A stretch of 64,000 nt of DNA from NCBI RefSeq assembly GCF_018977255.1, contig NW_024704742.1, positions 78,866,001 to 78,930,000 on the forward strand. The letters are read 5' to 3'. The translations under genes were made by a program, and so were the position numbers. Origin of the DNA: Callorhinchus milii (Eukaryota). The first letter of the stretch is position 1, and each line of letters begins with the position of its first letter. The notes under the pieces are model-generated. The model searched no databases, was not told the origin of the DNA, and worked only from the letters and a program-made list of their open reading frames with translations. Positions 12,727 through 24,697 of this stretch are shown in pieces.

Positions 12727-13765
12727 TCTTTTTCCAGTGTCATGAAAGTCACAGCTAAAGAACAATTTTGTGACAGCTGAGCTCATCATTATTGAGCCAT
12801 TGATAATGGCCGTATAGAGCCTTATAAGGAATACTCTATGCTCAGGCAACTGTTGAACACATTCTGATAAGGTCAACTGCTGGAGTCATGTAGCTCAATG
12901 GTTAGAGCACTTGCTTTGCAAGCGAGAGACCTGAGTTCAATCCCAGGCAGGGTGAAACCTTGGGCAAGTTTCCTTACTCCACACACCTAATAATAATCCC
13001 TCCAAAACCAAAACAATAATAAATTGTTCATTTTCAATCTACGACTGTTTGTGGGACATTGTTGTGCGCAATTGGCTGCCGCGTTCGCCCACAAATATAC
13101 GGTCAATTCACTTTACAGTATATTGTGTGAAGCGTTTTGAGACGTCTAGAAGACGTGAAAAGCACTATATCAAATGAAAGGATTATTATTGTTATTATTA
13201 TTTTCTTGGCTGCTCTCCCCCTCCCCTCACTTGCAGCCTTGTGCTACTTGATGCTAACACTAATAAGTGCACACTGCAATGTCTTCTCTCCATTTCTCTC
13301 ATGCACAAAGTTAAGATAGAGCAGATAGTGCCAGATCAAGATTATATAGATACAAAAACGGCAAGGATCAGAAAGTAATTATTCTGCCTCAGTGGAATTC
13401 CGAGTTCCGAGAATTGAAGAGGAAATAAATAAAATAAATAAAATGCAGCTTTGGTTTTCGAGTAACCAAAGAATAACAGTAATTATTTTGAAAAGTCAAC
13501 ATATTAGTTCTGTTTTAAAAAAAACAGATGGTGATTTTGTCAGCACTGCACTGACATTTCCCTGTGTTTTCTCATACTGTGAAACGATAGCTCTCCCAAA
13601 GCATGGGAACAGCAGTTGACCTTATCAGAATGTGTTCAATGGTTGCCCGAGCATAGAGTATTCCTTATAAGGCTCTATACAGCCATTATCAATGGCTCAA
13701 TAATGATGAGCTCAGCTGCCACAAAATTGTTCTTTAGCTGTGACTTTCATGACTCTGGAAAAAGA
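12727..13765. repeat. Long inverted repeat, arms 12727-12882 and 13610-13765 (about 156 bp, roughly 95% identical)
   Basis: Direct reverse-complement comparison of the two arms. Confidence 0.92.
12882..13202 (+). mobile_element. Young tRNA-Ala-derived SINE (full length)
   Basis: Near-identical to the copies at 36049 and 48300. Confidence 0.92.
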
Positions 13766-14169
13766 CACATGGTTGTGAAAACCAGGCACTGAAATCGCCA
13801 ACTGGAATAGGTCTCCACTAGGAGTAGAGAATGGAAAACATTTGGATTATTTTCATGGGTTTTTATGTCTGAACAGGGTTTAAATCCTAAACCTAATTAA
13901 TTTTGTTGTTGCTTGTGTAGAAGAATTTTGAATTTTCAATGCTGGATGTCAGGTTTCATTTTAAAGCAACCTGCTCTGTAAGTGCCCGCAGCCTCACAGT
14001 CTGACTCGCTTAGGGCACTGCCTCATCATCCCTCCAAGTTCAGAGGCAGCTCTGGGTGCAATCGAGTTTGACAAGACGTTTTATTTGGACACAGGAGCAG
14101 TTAACAGACAATGAGGCTGATTCCACACTCCAGTCACCAGAACAAGGCTTCAACAAAGTATGGAGCAAG

Positions 14170-14478
14170 TCATTGGGGGTTGGAATCAAGAGGGGTGGAG
14201 GGTAGACGAGGTGTGAGGGGAGCCGAAGCATGAACAAAGAGGAAAGTCTTGAGACAAGGGAGGGATCGAGGCAGTGGGATTCCGGGATGGAGTTCCAGAG
14301 GATGAGGGCAGAAAAGCTGAAGGCCCGATCACCTATGGTGGGGCAGGCAGAGCAGGGGACATGAAGCAGACCATTGGCCACCGAGCAGGGGGAGTGGACA
14401 GCTTGGTATGGTGTTAATACGTCACAGAAGTAGGAAGGAATAAGGCCTTGTAGGTTTTAAAAGTGGGGACGAGGATTC
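14170..14478 (-). mobile_element. L2 3' fragment
   Basis: ORF 14040..14381 contains LLHVP...PTIGDRAFS...LWNSIP. Confidence 0.8.
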
Positions 14479-14590
14479 ATGTCACCTGAATAGACGGGAC
14501 GTCAGTTTAATGTTTCATCTGAAGGATGCACCTCTGACAATGTAGCATACCCCCCAAACCCTAGTACTGCAATGGAATGGCAGTATAGAC

Positions 14591-14739
14591 CAGTGTTGGT
14601 CAACCTATGCCCATGGGCTGGAAGTAGCCCATGGGCTGTGAAGAAGCGGCTCCTGAATATTCACACAAGTGTAGTTGAGGCATATATTCAATCAAGGAAA
14701 TTTATTTTGTTGACCGACCATAAAGGTTAGCCACCAGTC
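14591..14739. mobile_element. hAT (Charlie-like) MITE with 8-bp TSD GTATAGAC, inserted in a minus-strand Deu SINE
   Basis: Termini CAGTGTTGGTCAACCT ... AGGTTAGCCACCAGTC (11/16 inverted match). Identical GTATAGAC at 14583-14590 and 14740-14747. Confidence 0.8.
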
Positions 14740-16791
14740 GTATAGACTATATGAGTTTGAAGTCCCAACGTGGAGTTTTGAACACACAACCTTATAACTC
14801 ACATGAGAAAGTGTCACCAACTGAGCCAAACTATGCACTTATACATCCTCTTTATGTCTGACGCAATGTTGACATCAAGAATACACCTTCAGTTTTCTGG
14901 TTGTATTTCATAGAATCGTAAAATCTTAGAATTACACAGCACAGAAGGCGACAATTTGGCTCATCATGTCTGTGCCGGCTCTTTGAAAAGAGCTATCCAA
15001 TTCAATTCCACTGCCCCGTACTCTCCCCATAGCTCTGCAAATTTATCCTTCTTAAGCTGTCTTTGAGTTGAAAACCCAAATATTAACAATATATACTCGC
15101 TCTAACAAAGTGGACAGTAAAAGCAGGGAGAAGGAAAAAGAAAAATGAGAGAAACGCATGAACATGAACAAAATGGGTGAGGATAGGCTAAAATAGCATG
15201 AAATTAAGGGGGAAAAAAGGGAATAAGAGATAGTACAAGGAAAAAAGGGGTGACAAGGTAAGCTCCAAGTAAGGTTTATTTTTACAAACCAAAATTGTGC
15301 TTCTTGTAGTGGATTTGGGTTAATAATATTTCAGTAAGTTTATTGGTGTTTTATGGAGTGCCAGAATGACTTGAGCTGAAAACATAAGCAATTGATTGGT
15401 CCATAGAAGTTACCACAGAACTACTGTCAGACTAAGTAACAATAAATAATCTTGCATTTTGATATAGCGCCTTATCACATTGTTGAGACACCTCATCACC
15501 TCAATTGCAACCACCAAAACGTTACATTGATATAGCACCTTTTATATAAGGTAACATCTCGGAGTGCTTTGCAGGTAGAGTTGAATACTTATGATGATGG
15601 GGGAGAGAGATGATCATAGGCAAGTCGAAAGATGTAGGATTTGAAGTGGGATTTTAAGACATTAAAAGAGGGGTAGTGAGATAATGATAGAGGGAGGGAG
15701 TTCCAGAGGTTAACAGTGTAGGAACTGAAGATTCGACCACTGATGGTGGAGTGCAGATTGAGGGAGATGAGCAGCAAGCACATCATGTTCTCACACTGTA
15801 ACCACTAAGCAAAGAGAAAATCAGGTGGTTGTGAGTGCTCGACTCAGCTGGACAAAGTTAAAGGAGTTTATTGCGACATTTAATGTATCGGTCAGATGAC
15901 ATGCTGTAATCTGGGTTGCCAATGCACATAATTAGGTACCTTTCAGCAGAGTCTGCTCCCTGTGCAGCTGTTACTTCAGCGGGACGATCTTAGTTTACTG
16001 CCAGTTAAAATACTGGTTATGCAGCCACATGCTCATCATTGGACCTGCCAGCAATGCAAATCCATTTATTTCTTGGTAACAGTCTCAAGTCTCGGAGATA
16101 GCATAGAGCTGCCAGCGAAAAGCAGCATATAATTATGAGGGATTTGTCAACTCCACTTCGGTTATATAGAAGACTGGGCTATTCCCCACAGTGCAAATCA
16201 CACAAGATGCGGACAATCCTGCAAAGATAGCTTTGGTCTCAAATGCTCCTCCTCGAGTCCAGGACAGTGATGGGAGTGGCAGTGATAGGAATATAATAGT
16301 CAACAGCTCTCAGTGATTGTGCCACCAACAATGCTAAATCTCTTATTATTGGCTTAGCCCCACATTCACCTGCATTTCTTAATTGGTAAATACAATGCCA
16401 GAATCCCAGTTGTCTTCTCAGGAAAGTTACTCATTCCAGTTTCCCAGAGATCAATTTACATTACTCTGCCATTTTGGAACCTATTTGGTTAAGTTTGTGA
16501 TTTTTAAAGCATTCTTTCTTTCGCGTTCCTGGTCTGCAATGCTCAATTTGCCACCAAGCACTGGGTTTACTTACTAACTTAAGCATGAAAGAACCCAAAA
16601 CAGCTGAAATAACGGTTTCATTGTGTCTGCCACATGCAGAAACCCCAACAGCACAATACACTTACAAGTATCAAAACCCAATTTGCACACATGTATGTCA
16701 CCTAAACATGGACATTTCCCTGTATCTGGAATGGAGTGTATGTTCTCTCCCTGTGTGCTCTCTACTAACCTAATTCTGAAGAACGTTACAT

Positions 16792-17139
16792 TATAATAAT
16801 AATAATCCTTGCATTTGATATAATAATAATAATCCTTGCATTTGATATAATAATAATAATAATCCTTGCATTTGATATAGGCTTTTCATGTCTTCTAGAC
16901 ATCCCAAAGCACTTCACAGAATGTACTGTAAAATGAATTGACTGTATATTTGTGGGCGAACGCGGCAGCCAATTGCGCATAGCAGTGTCCCACAAACAGT
17001 CGTAGATTGAAAATGACCAATTTATTATTGTTTTGTTTTGGAGGGATTATTATTAGGCGTGTGGAGTAAGGAAACTTGCCCAAGGTTTCGCCCGGCCTGG
17101 AATTGAACTCAGGTCTCTCACTTGCAAAGCGAGTGCTCT
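16792..17139 (-). mobile_element. Young tRNA-Ala SINE with triplicated 3' end
   Basis: Reverse complement of the SINE consensus. The unit taataataataatccttgcatttgata occurs three times at 16794-16878. Confidence 0.9.
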
Positions 17140-18283
17140 TGTTGAGAGCCAGTGGGCTTGGGGACCCCAGTGTTGGGGTACTCCTGGAGTTTAATCAGCT
17201 AAATCCCATGCAGCTTGCCATTGAGAACACTGTTTGACAAGCTTCTCACCACTTGTCTACCTAGAATCACCCTACTGCATTAGGGTTTGCTTGCAGGACT
17301 GACAGGAGACAAATGGGAAGAATCCCTGCTCCCAGTCAACACCTCCAAGTTCTTCTTAGTAGGAATTGTGTCTCTATCAGCCTGGCTCAGTTGGTAGAAC
17401 TCTCTCATCTGAGTCACAAGGTTGTGGGTTCAAGCCCCAAGTCAAGTCTTGAAATTCATGTGATTTAAGCAGACTTTTTAATGGAGTGTTGTGGGGGGAT
17501 TTGCATTTTAGAAGTGTCGACCTTCTGATGAGATATTAAACCGAGGTACCGTCTGCCTCTTCAAGTCGACATTAAAGATCCCATGGTGCTGCTCAAAAAG
17601 AGAAGGGAGTTTCTTCCAGTGTCCTGGCCCACAATCCCCCAAATAAAATTGGTTGTTTAGTTCATGGCTGTTTGTTGGACATTGCTGCATTTGCCCCAAA
17701 GACACACAGTCACTGCAATTTACAATATATCATGTGAAGCACATTATGACATCCTCTAGATATGAAAGGTGATATGCCAAATATAAGGATTATTATTATT
17801 AATAAGTACTGCATGCCAATCTAAAACCGTTGTATCACCCACAAAGCATGTGTAGCCCTCCACTTCAACAACAACAACAAAATTGCATTGATAATAGCGT
17901 CTTTCACATTGGCTTTTTTTTCACCTGTTATTCTGAGCAGAATCGCTGCTCCTTATGTCTTTAGCCCTCCATTCATAGTCTGTCTGGAGTATTGCATCTG
18001 CTTTACATCCTCTCCCAAAAGTTAAGACAGTGCTATGTTGGCAGAGCCTTTCTTAGTTTCACACATTTTAGTCACATTTTCTAGGCAGTCGATGAAGCTG
18101 TCCTGAATTAAGGAACAGTGTTAAGTAATGAATGGATAATGTATTTATGATAATTGCTTTTCCTCCACAAAAATAATTTGAAGCCTACAACACAATACAA
18201 TTTTCAACACAGTGTTATATAACGCCATTCAGGGCTTCACACAGCTAAGATCTATCAACTTTATTTCAAGGTCAGTCACTAAC

Positions 18284-18446
18284 CAGGAGATGTTGAAGGT
18301 TCTTCCACATGACTTGTTATGAAATGACAGCAGCTTTGTTTTTCTTGTGGACTCTGAGGCCTCCAAATGTCGAATGGTATTCCATTCAGCGATATATTAT
18401 GAAGGCATCCCGTGAAATTTCTTGTACTTAACATGGCATGATTCAG
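18284..18446 (-). CDS. Internal exon of laminin alpha-like gene: end of LG domain and linker, LNHAMLSTRNFTGCLHNISLNGIPFDIWRPQSPQEKQSCCHFITSHVEEPSTSP
   Basis: Acceptor ttcttgttcttcag and donor gttagt. 163 nt, phase 0 in and phase 1 out. Canonical LG terminal motif F.GCL..I.LNG. Overlaps ORF-track 18279..18518. Confidence 0.88.
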
Positions 18447-19119
18447 CTGAAGAACAAGAACAGGAATGTATTGATAAAATATCAAATAGCCTTTTAATTT
18501 TGGCTTTGCTGTCACCAATTATCTGCATTCCTCTTGTGAAAATGCTGACTCCTGCTTTGTGAAATTTTCCACTCAACCAACTACTTATTCATCAAATGCA
18601 AGCATAGGCAGTGAGCATTGTGCATGAACTGTTGGGAACATTACATTTTCGACCAATATAATAACGTGATATCAGCTTGGCTGAGTCAGAAGGTTGTGGG
18701 TTCGAGCCCCACATCGGGACTTGGGATCACATAGTCTAAGATGACACTCCAATGCAGTGCTGTGTGGGGGGGGGGGGTGGTGTTACATTGTTGGAGGTGC
18801 CATCATGTTAAATTGAGGTCCCTTCTGCCTGTTCAGGTGGATGTTAAAGATTCCATGACACTGTTCAAAAACTGAAGGGAATTTTTCTCGGTGTCCTAGC
18901 CAACAATCCCGAAAATAAAAATTGGTCATTCAGTTCATGACTATTCGTGGAAATGCTGTGCACAATTGTGCTGCTGTGTTTGCCTAAAATACAGTCACTC
19001 CATTTCACAATAAAGCCTGTGAAGCACTTTGAGAAGTCCTTCTGAAGAGATAATGTGCTATACCAAATCCAATTATTATTATTAGGGTTATTATAATACT
19101 GTCCAGTAACCAGGATTAG

Positions 19120-19215
19120 TAGTTTAGCTCATTTTCTCTGCTCTAGCCCAAGGACACTGAGGCCAATTCTAATGCCGGGTTGGCTTTGTGACTGAGATGA
19201 ACAACCTAAGCAGTA
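19120..19215 (-). mobile_element. Ancient SINE fragment resembling AmnSINE2-type elements
   Basis: Minus strand catctcagtc...agaattggcctcagtgtccttgggctagagcagagaaaatgagcta. Confidence 0.45.
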
Positions 19216-19242
19216 ACAAACCTAATCAAATTAGGTTGGTGT

Positions 19243-19588
19243 GGAATCCTGCAGCTCAGTGGTTAGAGCACTCGGCTCGCAAGCGAGAGACCTGAGTTTG
19301 ATTCCGGGCAGGACAAAATGTTGGGCAGGTTTCCTTACTCCACATGAAGTAGGAACCAGTTGTTAGTCGATTGGTGGATTGCTTTTCCGGAGGTAATAAT
19401 TCCTTAAAAAAAAATCGCTCACTTCAATCCATAACTGTTTGTGGGACACTGCTGTGTGCAATTGGCTGCCGCTTTTCTCCCACAAAATGTACAGTCAATT
19501 CACTTTACAGTATATTCTGTGAAACACTTTGTGACGTCTCGAAGACGTGATAAGGCGCTATATCAAATGAAAGGATTATTATTATTAT
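19243..19588 (+). mobile_element. tRNA SINE, longer (older) subfamily with extra internal segment
   Basis: Same head and tail as the young SINE plus aagtaggaaccagttgttagtcgattggtggattgcttttccgg, which the young copies lack. Confidence 0.85.
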
Positions 19589-20904
19589 TCATTTGACACT
19601 TGGACCCCTGATCAGTATGTACAAATTTGGCACTGAACAATGCACATCAGAGAGGTATCACTCAATCTTTTTTGACAAATGATTGTATTTTCAATTGTTT
19701 TGAATTTTACTTTGAGATGTTTTGATGTGATAAAAGTGTGATCACTCCTATCATCACTTTCAGTTTTTCAATGTCTAGAAAATAAAGTCCATAGGATATG
19801 TCACAGTACTCAATTCTGTGCTTTTGTGTTTGTATGTATCTGTGTGTGTGTCTCTGCTTCTCTAACATGTACCTACCTGCATCGGAGCTTGCTTCTCACA
19901 TTGCTGGTTTAAATTGTGAACCTCATTATAATGGACAGATCTAAAATTTTACTTCTGGATGTGACCCTGAAGCATATAAAGAGGCCTGAAGTTATCCAAG
20001 GTTCAGATAAGCAGATTGGAGTGTGCTTAATACACTTTTCACTCAAATTGCTATTCTAAAACTGACACAAACTGTGTTCAGTGATGCTTTGGCACCATAT
20101 TTCTACAAATTTTATTGAAAGTATAATAACATTTTATCTGACAAAATTGTTATCTTATTGTCTGCTATGATTTACTTTGGTTCAATCAGTTCTTTTGGCA
20201 CTATCAAAGAGTTATGCATAAATTTTAATGTTACATAGATTAGGTTCAGCCTCTGTCCCATTCATGTCCTCAGTGTTCTGGGAAAATGTATTACAGAATA
20301 TTTCAATTCAACTTTTCAGATTTTCTTAAGATTTCTAATGGGCTTTTGACCACCACTTAACAGTCTTCCACTGCTCAGTGGCCAGAGGTTAGTTGCAAAA
20401 GCTTGTCACTGACATATGCATTCAGTGTTTAGGCATTGCAGGTCACTGGTAATGAATGATAAGTAGACAGACTGTGGCTTCTCTTGAGATCAATGCCTGC
20501 AGTTCCTGATTCTGAATTGAAGTGCTCACTCTTCTTTTGTACAGGATATCTCTGGACTAATGGCGGTAGTTGTCATCCACTGAACCCTCGAAGTCTGCTG
20601 GCATTCTAACTGTTATGTCACCTTCCCACACGATTCTCTGTTTCTCTTCTGCGATTTTGCACTTCCACGACCAAACAGCTCATAAATATTCATACATATC
20701 ATGGTTTTCTCTTTCCTAAATGTAAAATAGTGTGGGGGAAACGGCAGGGGAGTGGATCTAAACAGATGCCTCTTACAGAGAGTCAATATGATACAAAGGG
20801 AGTGGAACTAAAGAGATATATCTTACAGAGAGTCGTTACGGATACAATGGACTGAATTGCCTCCTTCTGTGCTGAGAAATAAGCTTATGATTTCTAAGCA
20901 TCCA

Positions 20905-21610
20905 GGAAAGATTGGGAGAGACAGAAAGATTGAGAGACAGGGAGAGGGGGAGAGAGATGGGGGGAAGGGAGAGAGAGGGGGAAGAAAGGGGGATTTAGAG
21001 GGATTGAGAGAGGGGGTGAGAGAGAGAGAGAGAGAGAGAGGATGAGGGTAGGGAGAGGGGAGGAAGGAGGAATGGATTGAGAGAGTGGGAGGGAGAGGGG
21101 CGAGAGAGACTGTGAGAGACGGGGAGAGAAAGAGTGATTGAGAGCGAGGGGGAGAAAGTAATTGAGAGGGGAAGTGAGCAAGAGAGAGATTGAGAGCGAG
21201 CGTGACAGGGGAGAGAGTTGTTAGAGAGAGAGATTGTGAGAGGGAGGAAGAGAGAGAGGAGCGTGTGTCTGTATGTGAGAGTGTGAGTGAGAGGGGAGAG
21301 AGAAAGGGAGAGTGGGAGAGAGAGATTGTGTGAGAGGGGGAGAAGAAGAGTGATTGAGAGAGCAATTGAGAAGAGAGATTGAGAGGGAGTGTGAGAGGGG
21401 AGAGAGAGTTGTAAGAGAGTGTGAGAGGGAGTAAGATAGTGAGGGAGATAGAGAGAGCAGAGAGTGATCTAGAGAGTGTGAGATGGGAGAGAGTGTGTGT
21501 GAGAAAGTGTGCGTGAGAGAGAAGTGTGCGTGAGAGAGAAAAGGGAGAATGATTGAGAGAGAGAGAAAGAGAGAGAGAGAAACAAAAAGAGTGAGAGAGA
21601 GGAAGAAGTG
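20905..21610 (+). repeat. GA-rich low-complexity / degenerate (GA)n microsatellite
   Basis: About 700 nt almost entirely G and A, with recurring gattgagag units. Confidence 0.95.
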
Positions 21611-22442
21611 AGGAGCAAGGACAGACACCGAGTGACGTGATGTGCCATGCAGTTTCCTCACAGAAAACTCCTTTTCCCCAGTGAAAAATCTCTCTATGTC
21701 CTTCAGTCAAATAAATGCATGCTTAAATTAATGATTCCATTAATAAGACGTCCAGCACTTGATGTGACCTGGATCATTAATCGTTACCTTCCTTTCCTAA
21801 GCTTGGTTAAAAGATTAAGTGTGATAGGACTCTTGGCTCTCACTTGTGGATTCCATCCCCTTGTCAGGATGTTGAACCCATAATGTAGCCTGACACTCCA
21901 ATACAGGACTGGGATTTAATTATATTGTGGAAGTCCTTTGTATAAAACATAAAAATCAAGATCTGTCTGCCTGTTAAGGTGGATATTAAATATCCCATGG
22001 TACTACAGTATTTCAAAAGAGTAGGGAGTTTCTCCCAGTGTCCTAGCCCCAAATGAAACTGATCACTTACTTTATGGCTGTTTGTGGGACATTGTTGTGA
22101 GTAAATTGGTTGCTGTGTTAGTCTACATAATACAGTCACTATACTCTATGGTGAATCTTGTAAAGTGCTTTAAGAAGTCCACCTGATATGAAATGCAAGG
22201 ATTGATGCTATAATCATTGGTTGCAGAGAATGATTACCTCAATATCCATTAGTCTAGCTCCAGTAGCTGTTGGGGTGATACATGCCTTTAGGGCACAGTT
22301 GTTTGTAGTGTAACAAACTCTGTATTGTGTTGAACAATGTACATTACTAATTAATAAATGGATATTTCTATACTAGTTTTCAGAACATAGCAATTCATCA
22401 CATACAGACAAGCTCAGCACTTGTCCATATACTGCTCATTAC

Positions 22443-22590
22443 CTTCATATTTCCTATGATTCCTCCTATGTAAACGGTGGAGGTTGGGACCAGCAGGAGG
22501 TATTTGTCTAATGTATTTTGGCTTCCGAATGCTGAATGCGATCTCTGTGACACCATTTCTGTTACTTTGATTGAACCTTCATGTCCAAAC
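22443..22590 (-). CDS. Internal exon of laminin alpha-like gene: LG domain, (R)FGHEGSIKVTEMVSQRSHSAFGSQNTLDKYLLLVPTSTVYIGGIIGNMK
   Basis: Acceptor gaaattgcag and donor gtaatg. 148 nt, phase 2 in and phase 0 out. RFG..GS..V.EM and YIGG motifs typical of laminin alpha LG1. Confidence 0.9.
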
Positions 22591-23626
22591 CTGCAATTTC
22601 AATCATAATGATATGAGAATAGCTTCAGACTTAAAATAGTCAAAAATAATATATGGAGTTAAATAACAGTTTTTTTTTTAACCCCGCATGTTGATGAATT
22701 TCTTCTAAGGTTTTTATGGTGATACTGTAGATTTTGTTTTAAGTCTGCAGAAAAAAGCTTTTGGAATTTCACTAAGATTTTAAGATGAGTTGTGTTAATT
22801 TACTCTCCAAATTCCATCAATGACTCTACAAATGCATGGAATTGTCATTTTGGTTTTGATAATCTAAGCAAGGTGATGGGCCTCCGCATGTGTCAGACAC
22901 CTGACTGACCCTAAAAAAATGATGGAATTTTGGGCCCAAACTCGTGCTGAATCTGTTGCAATAGACTGACTAACCACTAGGGGCAGTGACTCACTGCTTC
23001 TCCCCAAGAGTGACTCCAATTTTTACTCTGATATGCAGCCATCCAGGGCTTTACAACTTTCAACAACAAAATTACATTTGTATAGCGCCTTTCACGTCAG
23101 GAGGACGTCCCAAAGAGCAGGGGAAGGACTCAAGTATTTTTTTCTCTCTTGCCCATAGAGTGTTAAGTAAACGATTGCATTGTTTTAATACTTATTTTAG
23201 CATGTGGAGACCCTGACCTCAATTCGGGACCTCAAAGAGGTGTATAATATTTTAAAGGGGATTGACAAAGTGAAACCAGAACAATACTCTAGGATGCAAT
23301 AAGTCAGCAGAACAAGAGGACACAAAGTTAATGTGGCAAAGGGCAGTTTCGGGACAGATACCATGATGTTTTTTTTATTTAGACAGTAATTAATAACTGG
23401 AACACATTGCCAGGAAAACTAAATATATTTAAATTTAGAGTAAATAATCTCACCATTCTATGAACAATGAGAAGTATTTCTCACAAGATGTATTGGACAG
23501 TCTAGAGCTGGACGTGTACACGTCATTGTACATTGCGCAAATGGCATTGCGCATTCCTGCTTTTAAGGAGACTGTCGATTATGAGTTGTCTTGGTGACTT
23601 CATGCTTATTCTGAGAGATACTTTAC

Positions 23627-23759
23627 CTGTTAGCATTGATCTGATACCACTTCTCTTGCTGAAGTCTAACCAGGCTGATTACTGTGACGACAAGATTAGT
23701 CATTCCAAATCTGAAGTGCAGCAACCCATCGATCAGCTCCAGTCCCAAGAAACCTTTCA
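23627..23759 (-). CDS. Internal exon of laminin alpha-like gene: LG domain, (V)KGFLGLELIDGLLHFRFGMTNLVVTVISLVRLQQEKWYQINAN(R)
   Basis: Acceptor aatatcttcag and donor gtaaag. 133 nt, phase 1 in and phase 2 out. LG motifs FL.LEL.DG.L.F and KWY.I...R. Confidence 0.9.
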
Positions 23760-24237
23760 CTGAAGATATTATACAAATAACAATGTGTTCACATTTAATG
23801 CATTGCTAGAAAAAGTACACAGACTCATTTGTTTCTTAATAAACTCCGAGGGCTGCAAGCATTTGCAATGGGATTTTTACCATGTGAGCTATTGTGGACT
23901 GGAAGGAATGGCGGAAGCTGAAATAATGTTTCCTTGCTTCCAGTATCAATGCCCTTGATTTCCTATTAATTTACACGGAATTGCATAAAATGATAGTGCA
24001 CAAAAACAGGCTATTGTGGCCCAACCAGTCTTTGCTGGTGTTTGTACAGGTTACCAAAAAGCAACCCTATTATCTAAAAAAATCATAATTTGTTTAAGTC
24101 TTATTAGACATTGTAATGGTATCATGACTTTTTGGTCACCCTGTATATCCACTTGAGTCCCATTGCCCTCCCTATAACCCCTATTCTCTTCTTCCTTAAG
24201 TTTGCAACAAGATTCCTCTAAAATATATTGATGCTCT

Positions 24238-24697
24238 CTTCCTGGAGGGACGCATCCTGCTTACCTAATTCCAGAAAGTGTCAGGAGCAGATGCTTGGGG
24301 ACCCCAGAGTGTGTGTTGGGAAACTGCAAGAGCCTAACCAGCTAAAATTGTATAGCTTGCCATTGCTATTGCTGTCTGGCAAACTTTCCATCTGCTTGTC
24401 CAGCTAGGGCCAACCTACTCATTAGGGCTTTGATTTGCAGGCTTAACAGGATCTGAGTGGGATGACTCCTTGCCCCGAGTGACTGCTCTGCCCTTCCAGG
24501 TTCTGCCGATGAGCCCGGCTGGCTGTGCTGTTGTCAGCAGCGCTCTGGAAGACTACGGACCTGCTTGGCTCAGGAACTGGACTATCGAGACTGCAACAGA
24601 GAGCTGGCTCGATTCTGACATTCCGTTGCCAGGCACGTCACCTTGGAGCCAATTCAGCTCCAAGAAGACTCCACTTACCTCACCCCAAGGAGCATAG
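24238..24697 (+). repeat. Unclassified interspersed repeat, longest of five copies
   Basis: Shares cttggggaccccagagtgtg...aaccagctaaaa...tagcttgccattg with 17156-17342(+), 30505-30730(-), 37281-37502(-) and 52201-52345(+). Confidence 0.8.

Noticed and set aside
19877..19966. Minus-strand AG...GT segment between LG exons
   Set aside because: Stop codons in all three frames, and the flanking exons already join in frame.
20823..21710. 295-aa Ser/Leu-rich ORF and overlapping ORFs
   Set aside because: Artefact of the GA/TC low-complexity tract.
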